From: Phycisphaera mikurensis NBRC 102666
GTDB taxonomy: Bacteria; Planctomycetota; Phycisphaerae; Phycisphaerales; Phycisphaeraceae
Assembly (NCBI RefSeq): GCF_000284115.1
Contig: NC_017080.1
Span: 450,001-482,000, forward strand
Length of the DNA stretch: 32,000 nt
Reading direction: 5' to 3'
Shown piece after piece: positions 1-9,041 of this stretch; the first letter of the stretch is position 1; each line of letters opens with the position of its first letter. Under the pieces are notes generated by a model. It was not told where the DNA came from. It did no database searches and worked only from the letters and a program-made list of their open reading frames with translations. A program made the translations under genes and the position numbers.

Positions 1-671
1 TGATCAAGCGGCTGACCTGGACGCGGGAGATCCACGACTTCGGCTGCTCGCTGAAGGCCTACCGCCGCGAGATCCTCGACGACGTCACGATCTACGGCGA
101 GATGCACCGCTTCCTGCCGGCGATCTGCAAGTGGCGGGGGGCCCGGATCACCGAGCTGGAGGTGAACCACCGGCCCCGGGCCCACGGCAAGAGCAAGTAC
201 GGGCTCAAGCGGACCGGGAAGGTCCTGCTGGACCTCATGACCGTGAAGTTCCTGGGCGACTACCTCACCAAGCCGATCTACTTCTTCGGGAAGCTCGCCG
301 CGATCTCGCTGCTGGTCTCCGGCGTGGGGGTGGTCTTCGCGCTGGTCCAGAAGCTCGGCCACCTCACCGAGCACGGCCAGCCGGTGATGCTCAACGACAA
401 CATCCTGGTTCTGCTGGCGCTGCTCACGTTCATGATGACGGTGCTGTTCCTGGTGATCGGCGTGCTCTCGGAGCTGATGGTGCGGATCTACTACGAGAGT
501 CAGGACCGGGCGCCGTACAAGATCCGATCGCTGGACCGCGGCCTCGGCGGCGGGCCCGACGGCGGCGGGGCGGTGCCCGCGGACCGCGGCGCGGGGGAAC
601 CGTTCGCGGCCGCGGTCCGCGGGCATGCGGCGGCGGCCGGGCCGCTGGAGCGGGCGCCGGGCGCCGCCTGA
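1..671 (+). CDS. Glycosyltransferase family 2 (DPM1/undecaprenyl-phosphate glycosyltransferase-like), C-terminal part, truncated by window start
   Basis: Frame 3 is open from the window edge: ...RLTWTREIHDFGCSLKAYRREILDDVTIYGEMHRFLPAICKWRGARITELEVNHRPRAHGKSKYGLKRTGKVLLDLMTVKF...; a GEMHRFLP-type GT2 C-terminal motif followed by two TM helices. Confidence 0.9.
   Translation, partial: IKRLTWTREIHDFGCSLKAYRREILDDVTIYGEMHRFLPAICKWRGARITELEVNHRPRAHGKSKYGLKRTGKVLLDLMTVKFLGDYLTKPIYFFGKLAAISLLVSGVGVVFALVQKLGHLTEHGQPVMLNDNILVLLALLTFMMTVLFLVIGVLSELMVRIYYESQDRAPYKIRSLDRGLGGGPDGGGAVPADRGAGEPFAAAVRGHAAAAGPLERAPGAA
577..622. repeat. 46-bp palindromic element, copy 1 (inside GT2 C-terminal tail)
   Basis: CCGCGGACCGCGG CGCGGGGGAACCGTTCGCGG CCGCGGTCCGCGG; perfect 13-bp inverted arms, 20-nt spacer. 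Confidence 0.9.
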
Positions 672-738
672 GCCGCACCGCCGCGCCGCCGACGCCCGCG
701 TGCGCACGCGGTCTCGCGTGGCGGCACCCCGAAGACCG

Positions 739-1674
739 ATGGTGAACCCCTTGGCGCTGCTCCTTTCCCCGAACCCGCCAGTCGGCGTGCCCGCCGCGAC
801 GCCCGACGCCGCGGCCCCGCTGGAGCCGGTCGCCGCGCTGCCCGGACCGATCGCCGTGGACACGCACGCGCACCTGCACGCGGCGTGGCCGCTGGCGTCG
901 GCGCTGCGCAGCTCGCTGCGCCACGCGCAGCGGGCCGGTGCGGGCGCGGCGGTGCTCTGCCTGGCACGCGGCCCGGGGGAGGGCGGTTTCGAGCGGCTCG
1001 CCGGCGGCGGGGTGGCGGGGTTGCCGGCGCTTGCCCCCACCGCCGAGGCGGGCGTGCTGCGGGCGCCGCCGGAGGGCCCCGGCGGGATCCCGCTGGCGGT
1101 GGTCGATGGCCGGCAGCTGGTGACCGCCGAGCGGATCGAGGTGCTCGCGCTCGCGCTGGACCCCAACGCGGCACTCCGCGGGGGCCTGCCCCTGCACGAC
1201 ACGCTGGCCGCCGTCGCGGCGGCGGGGGCCGTGCCGGTGCTGCCGCACGGCGTGGGCAAGTGGCTCGGGCGGCGCGGCCGGCTGGTGGCCCGCGCCATCG
1301 ATCAGGCCCGGGGGGGCCGCCGGGCGCCGGCCTGGGGGCCGCGGCTGTGCGTCGCCGACAACGCCGGCCGCTTCACGCTCGGGCCGCGGCCGGCCGTCCT
1401 CGACCAGGCCGCCGCGCTGGGCATGACGATCCTCGCCGGCTCCGACCCGCTGCCGGTCCCCGGGGCCGGCGCCCGGCTGGGCGGCTTCGGGGTGGTGCTG
1501 CCCGGTCCGGTGCCCGTGGACGCGGTCGCGGCCTCGCTCCGCCGGCTGCTCCCGCTGCTGGGGCCGACGCCGCAGCGCTTCGGCGGCCACGCGGGAACCG
1601 CCCGCTCGCTCGCCGAGCAGGCCGCGCTGCGCCTGCTCGGGCGGCGGCAGAAGGCTGGGCGGTGTCCGGTTTGA
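739..1674 (+). CDS. Divergent TatD-like / amidohydrolase-like metal-dependent hydrolase
   Basis: N-terminal VDTHAHLHAAW motif; ORF 625..1674, internal ATG at 739 preferred; ends in a TTGA overlap with the next ORF. Confidence 0.6.
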   Translation: MVNPLALLLSPNPPVGVPAATPDAAAPLEPVAALPGPIAVDTHAHLHAAWPLASALRSSLRHAQRAGAGAAVLCLARGPGEGGFERLAGGGVAGLPALAPTAEAGVLRAPPEGPGGIPLAVVDGRQLVTAERIEVLALALDPNAALRGGLPLHDTLAAVAAAGAVPVLPHGVGKWLGRRGRLVARAIDQARGGRRAPAWGPRLCVADNAGRFTLGPRPAVLDQAAALGMTILAGSDPLPVPGAGARLGGFGVVLPGPVPVDAVAASLRRLLPLLGPTPQRFGGHAGTARSLAEQAALRLLGRRQKAGRCPV

Positions 1675-3356
1675 GCGCGGCCGGCGACGACGCGCACGCG
1701 GGCGCCGGCCTGGCGGTGACCGCCTCGGCCGCGGCGGCGCGCAGCCACGGGCTCATCGTCGTCGGCGGCGGGATCCAGGGTGTGATGGTGGCGCTCGAGG
1801 CCGCCCGCCGCGGGCACCGCCCGCTGCTGCTCGAAGCCGGGGATTTTGGCGGCGCCACGACCGCGGCGTCGCTCCGCATCGTCCACGGCGGGCTGCGGTA
1901 CCTGCAGTCGGCCGACGTCCGCCGCTTCCTGGAGAGCGTCAACGAGCGGCGTTGGTTCCTGCGGCACTTCCCCGACCTCGTGCGGCCGCTGCCGTGCCTG
2001 ATGCCGCTCTACGGGGTCGGCCTGCGCCGCCGGTCGACGCTGCGGCCCGCCCTGCGGCTCAACGACCTGCTGAGCCTCCACCGCAACCGCGGGGTGCCGC
2101 GGGGGGCGCGGATCCCGCCGGCGGGCTTGCTCGACCGGGACGGGCTGCTGGCGCGGGCGCCGGGCGTCTGCCCGCGGGGGCTCACCGGCGCGGCCGCTTG
2201 GACCGACGCCCAGATGACCCAGCCGCAGCGGCTGGTCATGGAGCTGCTGCGCTGGGCGGTGTCCGCGGGGGCGACGGCGCTGGCCCGGGTGGAGGCGCTG
2301 AGCCTCTCGCTGCACGGCGGAGCGGTCCGAGGCGTCGACGCCGTCGACCTGCGCACCGGCTGCACCCACCACTTCGAGGCGTCGGGCGTCGTCAACGCCG
2401 CCGGGCCGTGGTCGGGCGTGCTCGCCGAGGCCTTCGACCCGCCGGGCGCCCGCGACGCCGAGCCGCACGAGCTGGTCCGGCCGCAGCTTTCCTTCAACGT
2501 GCTGCTGGACGCGCCCCCGCCCGCGGGCGACGCGGCGGTGGCCGTGCACGCCGGCGACGCCGCCGCGGGCGCGGGGGACGCGGTCCGCCCCGCCGACGCC
2601 GCGGCGGGTGCACAATTTCTGGTGCCGCACGCCGGCGGCCCGCGGCCGATGACGATGGCGGGCACGGGGCAGGTTCCCTGGACCGGCGCCACGGGCGTGG
2701 CCGGCGGCGCAGGGCCCACGCCGAGCGAGGCCCAGCTCGGCGAGTTTCTCGACCGGCTCGGCCGTGCCCACCCGCCGCTGGCGGGGGTGGCGGTCCGCCG
2801 CGTCTTCGCCGGCCTGCTCCCGGCGGAGGCGGCGGGCTCGGCGGAGCCCCGGCACCGCCCGCGGTGGATCGAGCACGACCGCCACGGCGGCCCCGGCGGG
2901 CTCATCAGCGTCGCCGGCGTCAAGTACACGACGGCCCGCCTGGTCGCCGAGCAGACGCTGCGGCGGCTCCTGGGCAGCGGGCTGCACGCCGTGCGGACCG
3001 GCACCGGCCGGCCGCCGCCCGCGGAGGGCTGGGCGGCGGCCCGCTTCGAGCCCACGGCGGCGCTCGCCGCTGCGCTGCCGGGCCTGTGCGAGGCCGAGGC
3101 GGTGAGCTGCCTGCGCGACGTCACGCGCGGCCGGACCGGGTGGGGCGACGACCCCGAGGTGGAGGCCGAGGCGCTGGATTGGCTCGGCGGCGTGCTCGGC
3201 CTGCCGGTGGACTTCGAGGCGCAGCGCGGCGACGCGGGCGGCCGCGACCCCGCCCGCACGGGGCCGCCGCCCGATCGACGGGCGGCGTCCACCGAGCCTG
3301 AACGCGCGGAGGGCGGGCCCGGCCGCGGGGCCGCCGCCGAGGAGCACGCCGCGTGA
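1662..3356 (+). CDS. FAD-dependent glycerol-3-phosphate dehydrogenase-like protein (GlpD family)
   Basis: GLIVVGGGIQGVMVALEAARRGHRPLLLEAGDFGGATTAASLRIVHGGLRYLQ (Rossmann GxGxxG and GlpD-type motif). Start either GTG 1662 or TTG 1671. Confidence 0.85.
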   Translation: MSGLSAAGDDAHAGAGLAVTASAAAARSHGLIVVGGGIQGVMVALEAARRGHRPLLLEAGDFGGATTAASLRIVHGGLRYLQSADVRRFLESVNERRWFLRHFPDLVRPLPCLMPLYGVGLRRRSTLRPALRLNDLLSLHRNRGVPRGARIPPAGLLDRDGLLARAPGVCPRGLTGAAAWTDAQMTQPQRLVMELLRWAVSAGATALARVEALSLSLHGGAVRGVDAVDLRTGCTHHFEASGVVNAAGPWSGVLAEAFDPPGARDAEPHELVRPQLSFNVLLDAPPPAGDAAVAVHAGDAAAGAGDAVRPADAAAGAQFLVPHAGGPRPMTMAGTGQVPWTGATGVAGGAGPTPSEAQLGEFLDRLGRAHPPLAGVAVRRVFAGLLPAEAAGSAEPRHRPRWIEHDRHGGPGGLISVAGVKYTTARLVAEQTLRRLLGSGLHAVRTGTGRPPPAEGWAAARFEPTAALAAALPGLCEAEAVSCLRDVTRGRTGWGDDPEVEAEALDWLGGVLGLPVDFEAQRGDAGGRDPARTGPPPDRRAASTEPERAEGGPGRGAAAEEHAA

Positions 3357-4612
3357 GAATCCTCGTCCTCGCCCCGCACAACTTCTACGTCGATCGCGGC
3401 ACGCCGATCGACGTCGACCTCCTGCTGCGGGCGCTCTCCAACCGCGGCGAGGAGGTCCACGCGGCCGTCTACGACGGCGGCGAGGAGCGGGTCTACCCCG
3501 GCGTCACCGTGCACCGGCCCGGGGGCCCCGCGGCGCTGCGAGAGGTCGGGCCGGGCTTCTCGGCGAAGAAGCTGCGGGCCGACCGGCACCACTTCGCACT
3601 CGGCCGGCGGCTCGCCCGGAAGCTGCGGCCCGACGTCGTACACGCCGGCGAGGAGGCGGTGTTCCTGGCGGGCTGGCTCCGCCGCCGGCTCGGCCTGCCG
3701 TACGTCTACGACATGGACAGCTCCATTGCGCAGCAGCTCGTCGAGAAGAAGCGGGCGCTGCGTCCGCTGTCCCCGCTCTTCGACGGGCTCGAGGCCCGGG
3801 CGATCCGCGGGGCCCTCGCGTGTGCGCCGGTGTGCCCGGCGCTGGCCGACCTGGCGGTCGCCGCCGGTGCGCAGCACGTCGAGACGCTGCACGACGTCTC
3901 GCAGCTGGCCGAGCCCGACCGCCCCGCGACCGGGTGGCTGCACGGGCGTCTCGGGCTGCCGGCGTCGACGCCTCTGGCGGTGTACGTGGGCAACCTGGAG
4001 GCGTATCAGGGCGTCGGCCTGCTCGTGGAGGCGATGGCGACGCCGACGATGGCGGCGGGCGTCGCCGGCGACGCGGTCGCGGTGGTGGTCGGCGGCGGCG
4101 GCGAGCCCGGGGCTCGCGCGACGCTGGAGGCCCGGGCGGCGGCGCTGGGCGTCGGCGGCCGCGTCCGCTTCGCGGGGCCGCACCCCGCCGACCGGCTCGA
4201 CGAGGTCCTCGCCGAGGCGACGGTGCTGGTCGCCCCGCGGACCCGCGGCATCAACACGCCGCAGAAGGTCTTCCCCTACCTGCACAGCGGGAAGGCGGTG
4301 CTCGTGACCGACCTGCCGACGCACAGCCAGCGGCTCGGGCCCTCGTTCTGCCGGCTCGCCGCGCCCGAGCCGGTGGCCTTCGGGGCCGCGCTCGCCGGGT
4401 TGCTCGGTGACCCGGACACGCGGGCCCGCCTCGGCGCCGCCGGCCGCGCCTTCGTGCTGGCGGAGCACACGTTCAAGGCGCACCAGCGTCGGGTCGATCG
4501 CCTGTACGACCGCGTGGCCGCCGCGCTGGGGCTCGAGCCGCCGGCCCGCCGCGTGCCCGCCCCCGACCCCGCGCCCGACCCCGCGGAAGCACCGTCCCGG
4601 ACCGCCGCATGA
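3353..4612 (+). CDS. Glycosyltransferase family 4 (GT-B)
   Basis: MRILVLAPHNFYVDRGTPIDVDLLLRALSNRG...; C-terminal VLVAPRTRGINTPQKVFPYLHSGKAVLVTDLPTH; GTG start overlapping the previous stop (GTGA). Confidence 0.85.
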   Translation: MRILVLAPHNFYVDRGTPIDVDLLLRALSNRGEEVHAAVYDGGEERVYPGVTVHRPGGPAALREVGPGFSAKKLRADRHHFALGRRLARKLRPDVVHAGEEAVFLAGWLRRRLGLPYVYDMDSSIAQQLVEKKRALRPLSPLFDGLEARAIRGALACAPVCPALADLAVAAGAQHVETLHDVSQLAEPDRPATGWLHGRLGLPASTPLAVYVGNLEAYQGVGLLVEAMATPTMAAGVAGDAVAVVVGGGGEPGARATLEARAAALGVGGRVRFAGPHPADRLDEVLAEATVLVAPRTRGINTPQKVFPYLHSGKAVLVTDLPTHSQRLGPSFCRLAAPEPVAFGAALAGLLGDPDTRARLGAAGRAFVLAEHTFKAHQRRVDRLYDRVAAALGLEPPARRVPAPDPAPDPAEAPSRTAA

Positions 4613-5694
4613 CCGCCCCCCCGACCCCGCGCACCGTGCTGGTCACCGGCGCCACCGGCTTCACCGGCGGGGCGCTCGCCCGCGCCCATGCGGCCCGGGG
4701 CGACTCGGTCCGCGCGCTCGTCCGCTCGCCGGGGGACGCGCCGGCGGCCGCGCTCCGCGACGCCGGCATCGAGGTCGTGCCCGGCGACCTCACCGACTCG
4801 GCCGCCGTGCACCGCGGCGCGGAGGGCTGCGACCTGATCCAGCACGTCGGCGCCCTGTTCCGCACCGCCGGGCACCCCGACAGCGTCTACCACGAGGTGA
4901 ACGACGAGGCCGTCGGCCACGTGCTCGACGCCGCGGCGCGGCGGGGCGTCCGCCGCGTGGTGCACTGCTCGACGGTCGGCGTGCACGGCCACGTGAGCGA
5001 GCTGCCCTCCGACGAGACCGCGCCCTTCAACCCCGGCGACGTCTACCAGCGGAGCAAGCTCGCGGGCGAGACGCGCGTCCGCGAGGCGATGGGCAACCGG
5101 CCCTTCGAGGCCGTCGTCTGCCGGCCCGCCGGCATCTACGGCCCCGGCGACCTCCGCTTCCTGAAGGTCTTCCGCGGGCTGCAGAAGGGCCGGTTCCCGA
5201 TGTTCGGCTCCGGCGAGGTCACGTACCACTTCACCTACATCGACGACCTCGTCGGCGGCCTCCTGCTCGCCGGAGATCATCCCGAGGCGGCCGGGCAGAC
5301 GCTGATCCTCGGCGGCGACGGCTTCTACCCGCTCAACCGCTTCGTCGGGCTGGTCGCCGCGGCCGTCGGCGGCAGGCCGCCGCGCCTGCACCTCCCGCTG
5401 CCGCCGCTGCTGCTGGCCGCGAGGCTGTGCGAGGGCGTGTGCCGGCCGCTGGGCATCGACCCGCCGCTGCACGTCCGCCGCTGCGAGTTCTACACCAAGG
5501 CCCGGGCGTTCTCCAACGCCAAGGCGAAGCGGGTGATCGGCTTCGACCCGCAAGTCGGCCTCGCCGATGGCGTCTACCGCACCGCGCAGTGGTACGCCGG
5601 CGAGGGCCTGATCGGCCCCCCGGTCGACCGCGCCGCTTACGACGCCGCGGTGTCGGCGTGGGCCGAGCCCGCCGCCGCCCCGGCCGCCGCCTGA
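4609..5694 (+). CDS. NAD-dependent epimerase/dehydratase (extended SDR)
   Basis: VLVTGATGFTGGALA, YQRSKLAGE, CRPAGIYGPGD motifs; ATGA overlap with upstream gene. Confidence 0.9.
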   Translation: MTAPPTPRTVLVTGATGFTGGALARAHAARGDSVRALVRSPGDAPAAALRDAGIEVVPGDLTDSAAVHRGAEGCDLIQHVGALFRTAGHPDSVYHEVNDEAVGHVLDAAARRGVRRVVHCSTVGVHGHVSELPSDETAPFNPGDVYQRSKLAGETRVREAMGNRPFEAVVCRPAGIYGPGDLRFLKVFRGLQKGRFPMFGSGEVTYHFTYIDDLVGGLLLAGDHPEAAGQTLILGGDGFYPLNRFVGLVAAAVGGRPPRLHLPLPPLLLAARLCEGVCRPLGIDPPLHVRRCEFYTKARAFSNAKAKRVIGFDPQVGLADGVYRTAQWYAGEGLIGPPVDRAAYDAAVSAWAEPAAAPAAA

Positions 5695-5705
5695 ACCCCG
5701 CCACC

Positions 5706-6554
5706 GTGCACCCGCCACCCGCCGAAGCCGATGAGGACGCCGCCCCCGCACCCTCGGGCGGCGACCGGCGTGACCCCGGCCGCGCGGGCGACTCCGCGTT
5801 CCGGGCGCTGCTGCGCGACCGGCGTCTGCCCGCCTGGCGCAAGTACACCGGCCTGGTCATCGGCCGCCCGGGCCTTCTCCGCCTGCTCTGGCACGAGGCG
5901 GTGATCCTCGCCTGCGGCGACCTGCCGGGGGCGTTGGGGCTGCTGCTGCGGGGCTGGCTCTTCCCCACGCTGCTGGGGGCCTGCGGCGACAAGCCGGTGT
6001 TCGGGCGGGGCATCACGCTGCGTCACCCGCACCGGATCCGGCTGGGCGATCGGGTGATCGTCGACGACCGCTGCGTGCTCGACGCCAAGGGCGGGCACGC
6101 GGTGGCGATCGACCTCGGCGACGACGTCATCCTCGGCCGCAACTCCTCGCTGATCTGCAAGACCACCTCGGGAACCGCCGGGGTGGACGCCGCCGACCCC
6201 GGCGGCCGCATCGTGCTCGGCCCGCGGGCGAACGTCTCGCTGAACTGCACGCTGATCAGCGAGTCGAGCCTCGTGCTCGGCCCGAAGGTGCTCGTCGCCG
6301 GCCACTGCTACGTGATCGCCGGCGGCAACCACGGCGTCGCGCCCTCCGGCGAGGCGATCGTCGACCAGCCGATGGCCGACCGCGGCGGGGTCGAGGTCGG
6401 CGCCGGCGCCTGGATCGGCGCCAACGCGACCGTGCTCGACGGCGTCACCCTCGGGCCCGCGGCCACCGTGGGCGCCGGCGCCGTCGTCCGCGCGGACGTG
6501 CCCGCGCACGCGACCGTGGCCGGGGTGCCGGCGCGGCCGATCCGCGGGCGATGA
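5706..6554 (+). CDS. Left-handed beta-helix (hexapeptide repeat) acyltransferase
   Basis: Repeated [LIV]G hexapeptides: DLGDDVILGRNSSLICKT...VGAGAWIGANATVLDGVTLGPAATVGAGAVVRADVPAHATVAGVPARPI; GTG start at 5706 is a proposal. Confidence 0.85.
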   Translation: MHPPPAEADEDAAPAPSGGDRRDPGRAGDSAFRALLRDRRLPAWRKYTGLVIGRPGLLRLLWHEAVILACGDLPGALGLLLRGWLFPTLLGACGDKPVFGRGITLRHPHRIRLGDRVIVDDRCVLDAKGGHAVAIDLGDDVILGRNSSLICKTTSGTAGVDAADPGGRIVLGPRANVSLNCTLISESSLVLGPKVLVAGHCYVIAGGNHGVAPSGEAIVDQPMADRGGVEVGAGAWIGANATVLDGVTLGPAATVGAGAVVRADVPAHATVAGVPARPIRGR

Positions 6555-6614
6555 GCGCGGGGCAGGAACACCCGGTCGCGGTCCCGGGCGGCCACGGCCC
6601 GGTTCAGCTCCTCC

Positions 6615-7568
6615 ATCGACGGAGTGGATGTGGCGGCTTGGGCGGACGGATGAGCTGGAAGCGGGAACCCCGCCCGGTCGCGGCTTCGGGCCGTCTCGGT
6701 TGCAATGAGCTTCTACATCGACGGAGTCGATGAGCCACCTGGGCGGGTGGCTCATCCACTCCGTGGATGTGGCGGCTTGGGCGGACGGATGAGCGGGAGC
6801 GGGGAACCACGCCCGATCGCGGCTTCGGGCCGATTCGGTTGCAGTCGGCTTCGACATCGACGGAGTCGATGTGCCACCTGGGCGGGTGGCTCATCCACTC
6901 CGTGGATGTGGCGGCTTGGGGGCACGGATGAGCGGGAAGCGGGGAGCCCGCTTGGTCGCGGCTTCGGGTTGCTTCGGTTGCAATGAGCTTCTACATCGAC
7001 GGAGTCGATGAGCCACCTGGGCGGGTGGCTCATTCACTCCGTGGATGTGGCGGCGTAGGGGTGCGGACGTGCTGGTAGCGGGGAGCCCGCGCGGTCGCGG
7101 CTTCGGGCCGATTCGGTTGCAGTGGGCTTCTACATCGACGGAGTCGATGAGCCACCTGGGCGGGTGGCTCATTCACTCCGTGGATGTGGCGGCTTGGGGG
7201 TGCGGACGTGCTGGTAGCGGGGAGCCCGCGCGGTCGCGGCTTCGGGCCGTTTCGGTTGCAGTCGGCTTCTACATCGACGGAGTCGATGAGCCACCTGGGC
7301 GGGTGGCTCATCCACTCCGTGGATGTGGCGGCTTGGGCGGACGGATGAGCTGGAAGCGGGAACCCCGCCTGGTCGCGGCTTCGGGTTGCTTCGGTTGCAA
7401 TGAGCTTCTACATCGACGGAGTCGATGAGCCACCTGGGCGGGTGGCTCATCCACTCCGTGGATGTGGCGGCTTGGGCGGACGGATGAGCTGGAAGCGGGA
7501 GCCACGCCCGGTCGCGGCTTCGGGCCGTCTCGGTTGCGGTCGGCTTCTCCATCGACGGAGTCGATCGG
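6615..7568. repeat. Tandem repeat array: one 102-bp unit (6615-6716), six 139-bp units (6717, 6856, 6995, 7134, 7273, 7412), and a terminal partial unit (7551-7565)
   Basis: The motif ATCGACGGAG starts at 6615, 6717, 6856, 6995, 7134, 7273, 7412, 7551. A more degenerate unit may extend left to about 6556 (gcggggcaggaacacccggtcgcggtcccgggc...). Confidence 0.97.
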
Positions 7569-7578
7569 CGGTCCGCGA

Positions 7579-8919
7579 TCAGGCTTCCGGCGTCACCAGG
7601 TCGCCGAGGATCGGTTGCAGGAAGGCCGACCGCCACCCGCGGCGCAGCCGCGAGGGGGGAAGCGGCTGCCCCGCCGCATCGGCGTAGACCAGCGCCGTCA
7701 GCTCCTTCTTGTTCAGCAGCAGCGAAGGCGAGATGCCGGCGTCCTCGGCGAAGGCCCGCACGCGGGGCCAGATCGCGTCCAGCCGGGCCTTGTCCTCCTC
7801 GCTCGGCGGCGGGTTGCGGCGCGCGCGCGGCGGCAGCGGCCCGTCCGCCGCGTCTTTGCAGACGGCGGGGATCTCCGCGGCGTAGTGCTCCTTGACCGGC
7901 CGCGGCACGCCCTTGAAGCCCCGCAACGCCGCGGCGTCGGCCGGCGGGTGCAGCGCCAGGTCGACGAGCACCTGGTCGGCGAGGAACATCCGCACCGGCA
8001 CGTCGTTGCGGATCGCTTCGGCCTGCCGCCAGTGCAGCAGGGCGTCGAGCACCGCCCTGGTCCTCCGCGACATGCCGCGCGTGCCCTGCGCCTTGAGGCG
8101 CCCGGAAAGCGGGTCGGAGACGAACGCTCCCGGCGCACAAAGCCGGCGGTTCTCCTCGGGCACCTTGGCGGTGTGGCCACGCTTGGCGACCTCCTCGTCG
8201 ATCCGCTCCCGGAGCAGCGCGAGGTAGCGGACGTCGTTCGCGGCGTACTCCCGCTTGTCGCCGGTGAGCGGCCGCTTCCGCCAATCGGTGAACTTGTGGT
8301 CGGCGCCCAGGTCGGCGTCGGTCAGGGCGTCGGTGAGCTTGCGCAGCGAGCAGGGGTAGTCCAGGCCGGCGAAGCCCGCGGCGATCTGCGTGTCGTAGAT
8401 GGCCGCCGGCGGCCGGCCCGTCAGGCGCTCAACCGGCTCGAGGTCCTGGAGCCCGGCGTGCACGAGCGTCTCCACCGCCGGGTCGGCGATCAGCTCCCAG
8501 AGCGGCAGCAGGTCGACGCCGGCAAGCGGGTCGATCAGCGTCGCGGTCTGGATCGTCGCCACCTGCAGCAGGCAGAAGATCGGGAAGAAGTTCTGCTCGC
8601 CGATGAACTCGGTGTCGAAGGCGAAGGCGCCGGCCTCGCGCAGCGTCGCGACGAGGTCCAACAGCTCGCCGTCGGTGGTCACAAGCCCCGGCACGTTGGT
8701 GGCCACCAGCGGGTGGTCCAGCGGCTCGGGCGGCGGTGCCAGGTCCAGCTTCGCGATCCGGGCCTCCTCGCGGCGGCGGTGCGGCGGGACGTAACGCGGC
8801 CAGGAGGCGCCGGGGCCCTCGCCGCCGCCGTCGCCGGTGCGGCTGGCGCGGGACGACCGCTTCCGGGGGTGCGGGGCGTCGGTCTCGTGCGGGGCGTTTT
8901 CGGAGGAGGAACGGGTCAT
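7579..8919 (-). CDS. rnd: Ribonuclease D (DnaQ-like 3'-5' exonuclease with HRDC-type C-terminus)
   Basis: AFAFDTEFIGEQNFFPIFCLLQVAT, LVHAGLQDLEPVERLTG, IYDTQIAAGFAGLDYPCSLRKL, REYAANDVRYL motifs (DEDD family). Confidence 0.92.
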   Translation of the reverse strand: MTRSSSENAPHETDAPHPRKRSSRASRTGDGGGEGPGASWPRYVPPHRRREEARIAKLDLAPPPEPLDHPLVATNVPGLVTTDGELLDLVATLREAGAFAFDTEFIGEQNFFPIFCLLQVATIQTATLIDPLAGVDLLPLWELIADPAVETLVHAGLQDLEPVERLTGRPPAAIYDTQIAAGFAGLDYPCSLRKLTDALTDADLGADHKFTDWRKRPLTGDKREYAANDVRYLALLRERIDEEVAKRGHTAKVPEENRRLCAPGAFVSDPLSGRLKAQGTRGMSRRTRAVLDALLHWRQAEAIRNDVPVRMFLADQVLVDLALHPPADAAALRGFKGVPRPVKEHYAAEIPAVCKDAADGPLPPRARRNPPPSEEDKARLDAIWPRVRAFAEDAGISPSLLLNKKELTALVYADAAGQPLPPSRLRRGWRSAFLQPILGDLVTPEA

Positions 8920-9041
8920 GGGCGTCGGCGCCGGGCGGAGCCGACCGCGGGGTATCGGTCCAAAGTAGGAGCGGGGAGCGCGAAGTGGCCCGCGACCCGC
9001 CCGCCGGGGCTCCCGCCCCCGCCGGAGCTCTACGATGGGCG

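Noticed and set aside
4237-4252. CCGCGGACCCGCGG near the end of the GT4 gene, looking like a palindromic-element arm
   Set aside because: Has an extra C, lacks the right arm at +33 bp, and encodes the conserved GT motif APRTRGI, so it is explained by protein constraint.
6752-7311. Three nested minus-strand ORFs of exactly 93 aa offset by 139 bp (MSHPPRWLIDSVDVEAHCNR...) plus related plus-strand ORFs
   Set aside because: These are by-products of the 139-bp repeat. The period is not a multiple of 3, so each unit restarts the same staggered ORF. No ribosome-binding or domain evidence.
6615-7568. Possible CRISPR array
   Set aside because: The unit is 139 bp and spacer-equivalent portions are near identical between units. 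There are no short unique spacers and no cas genes.
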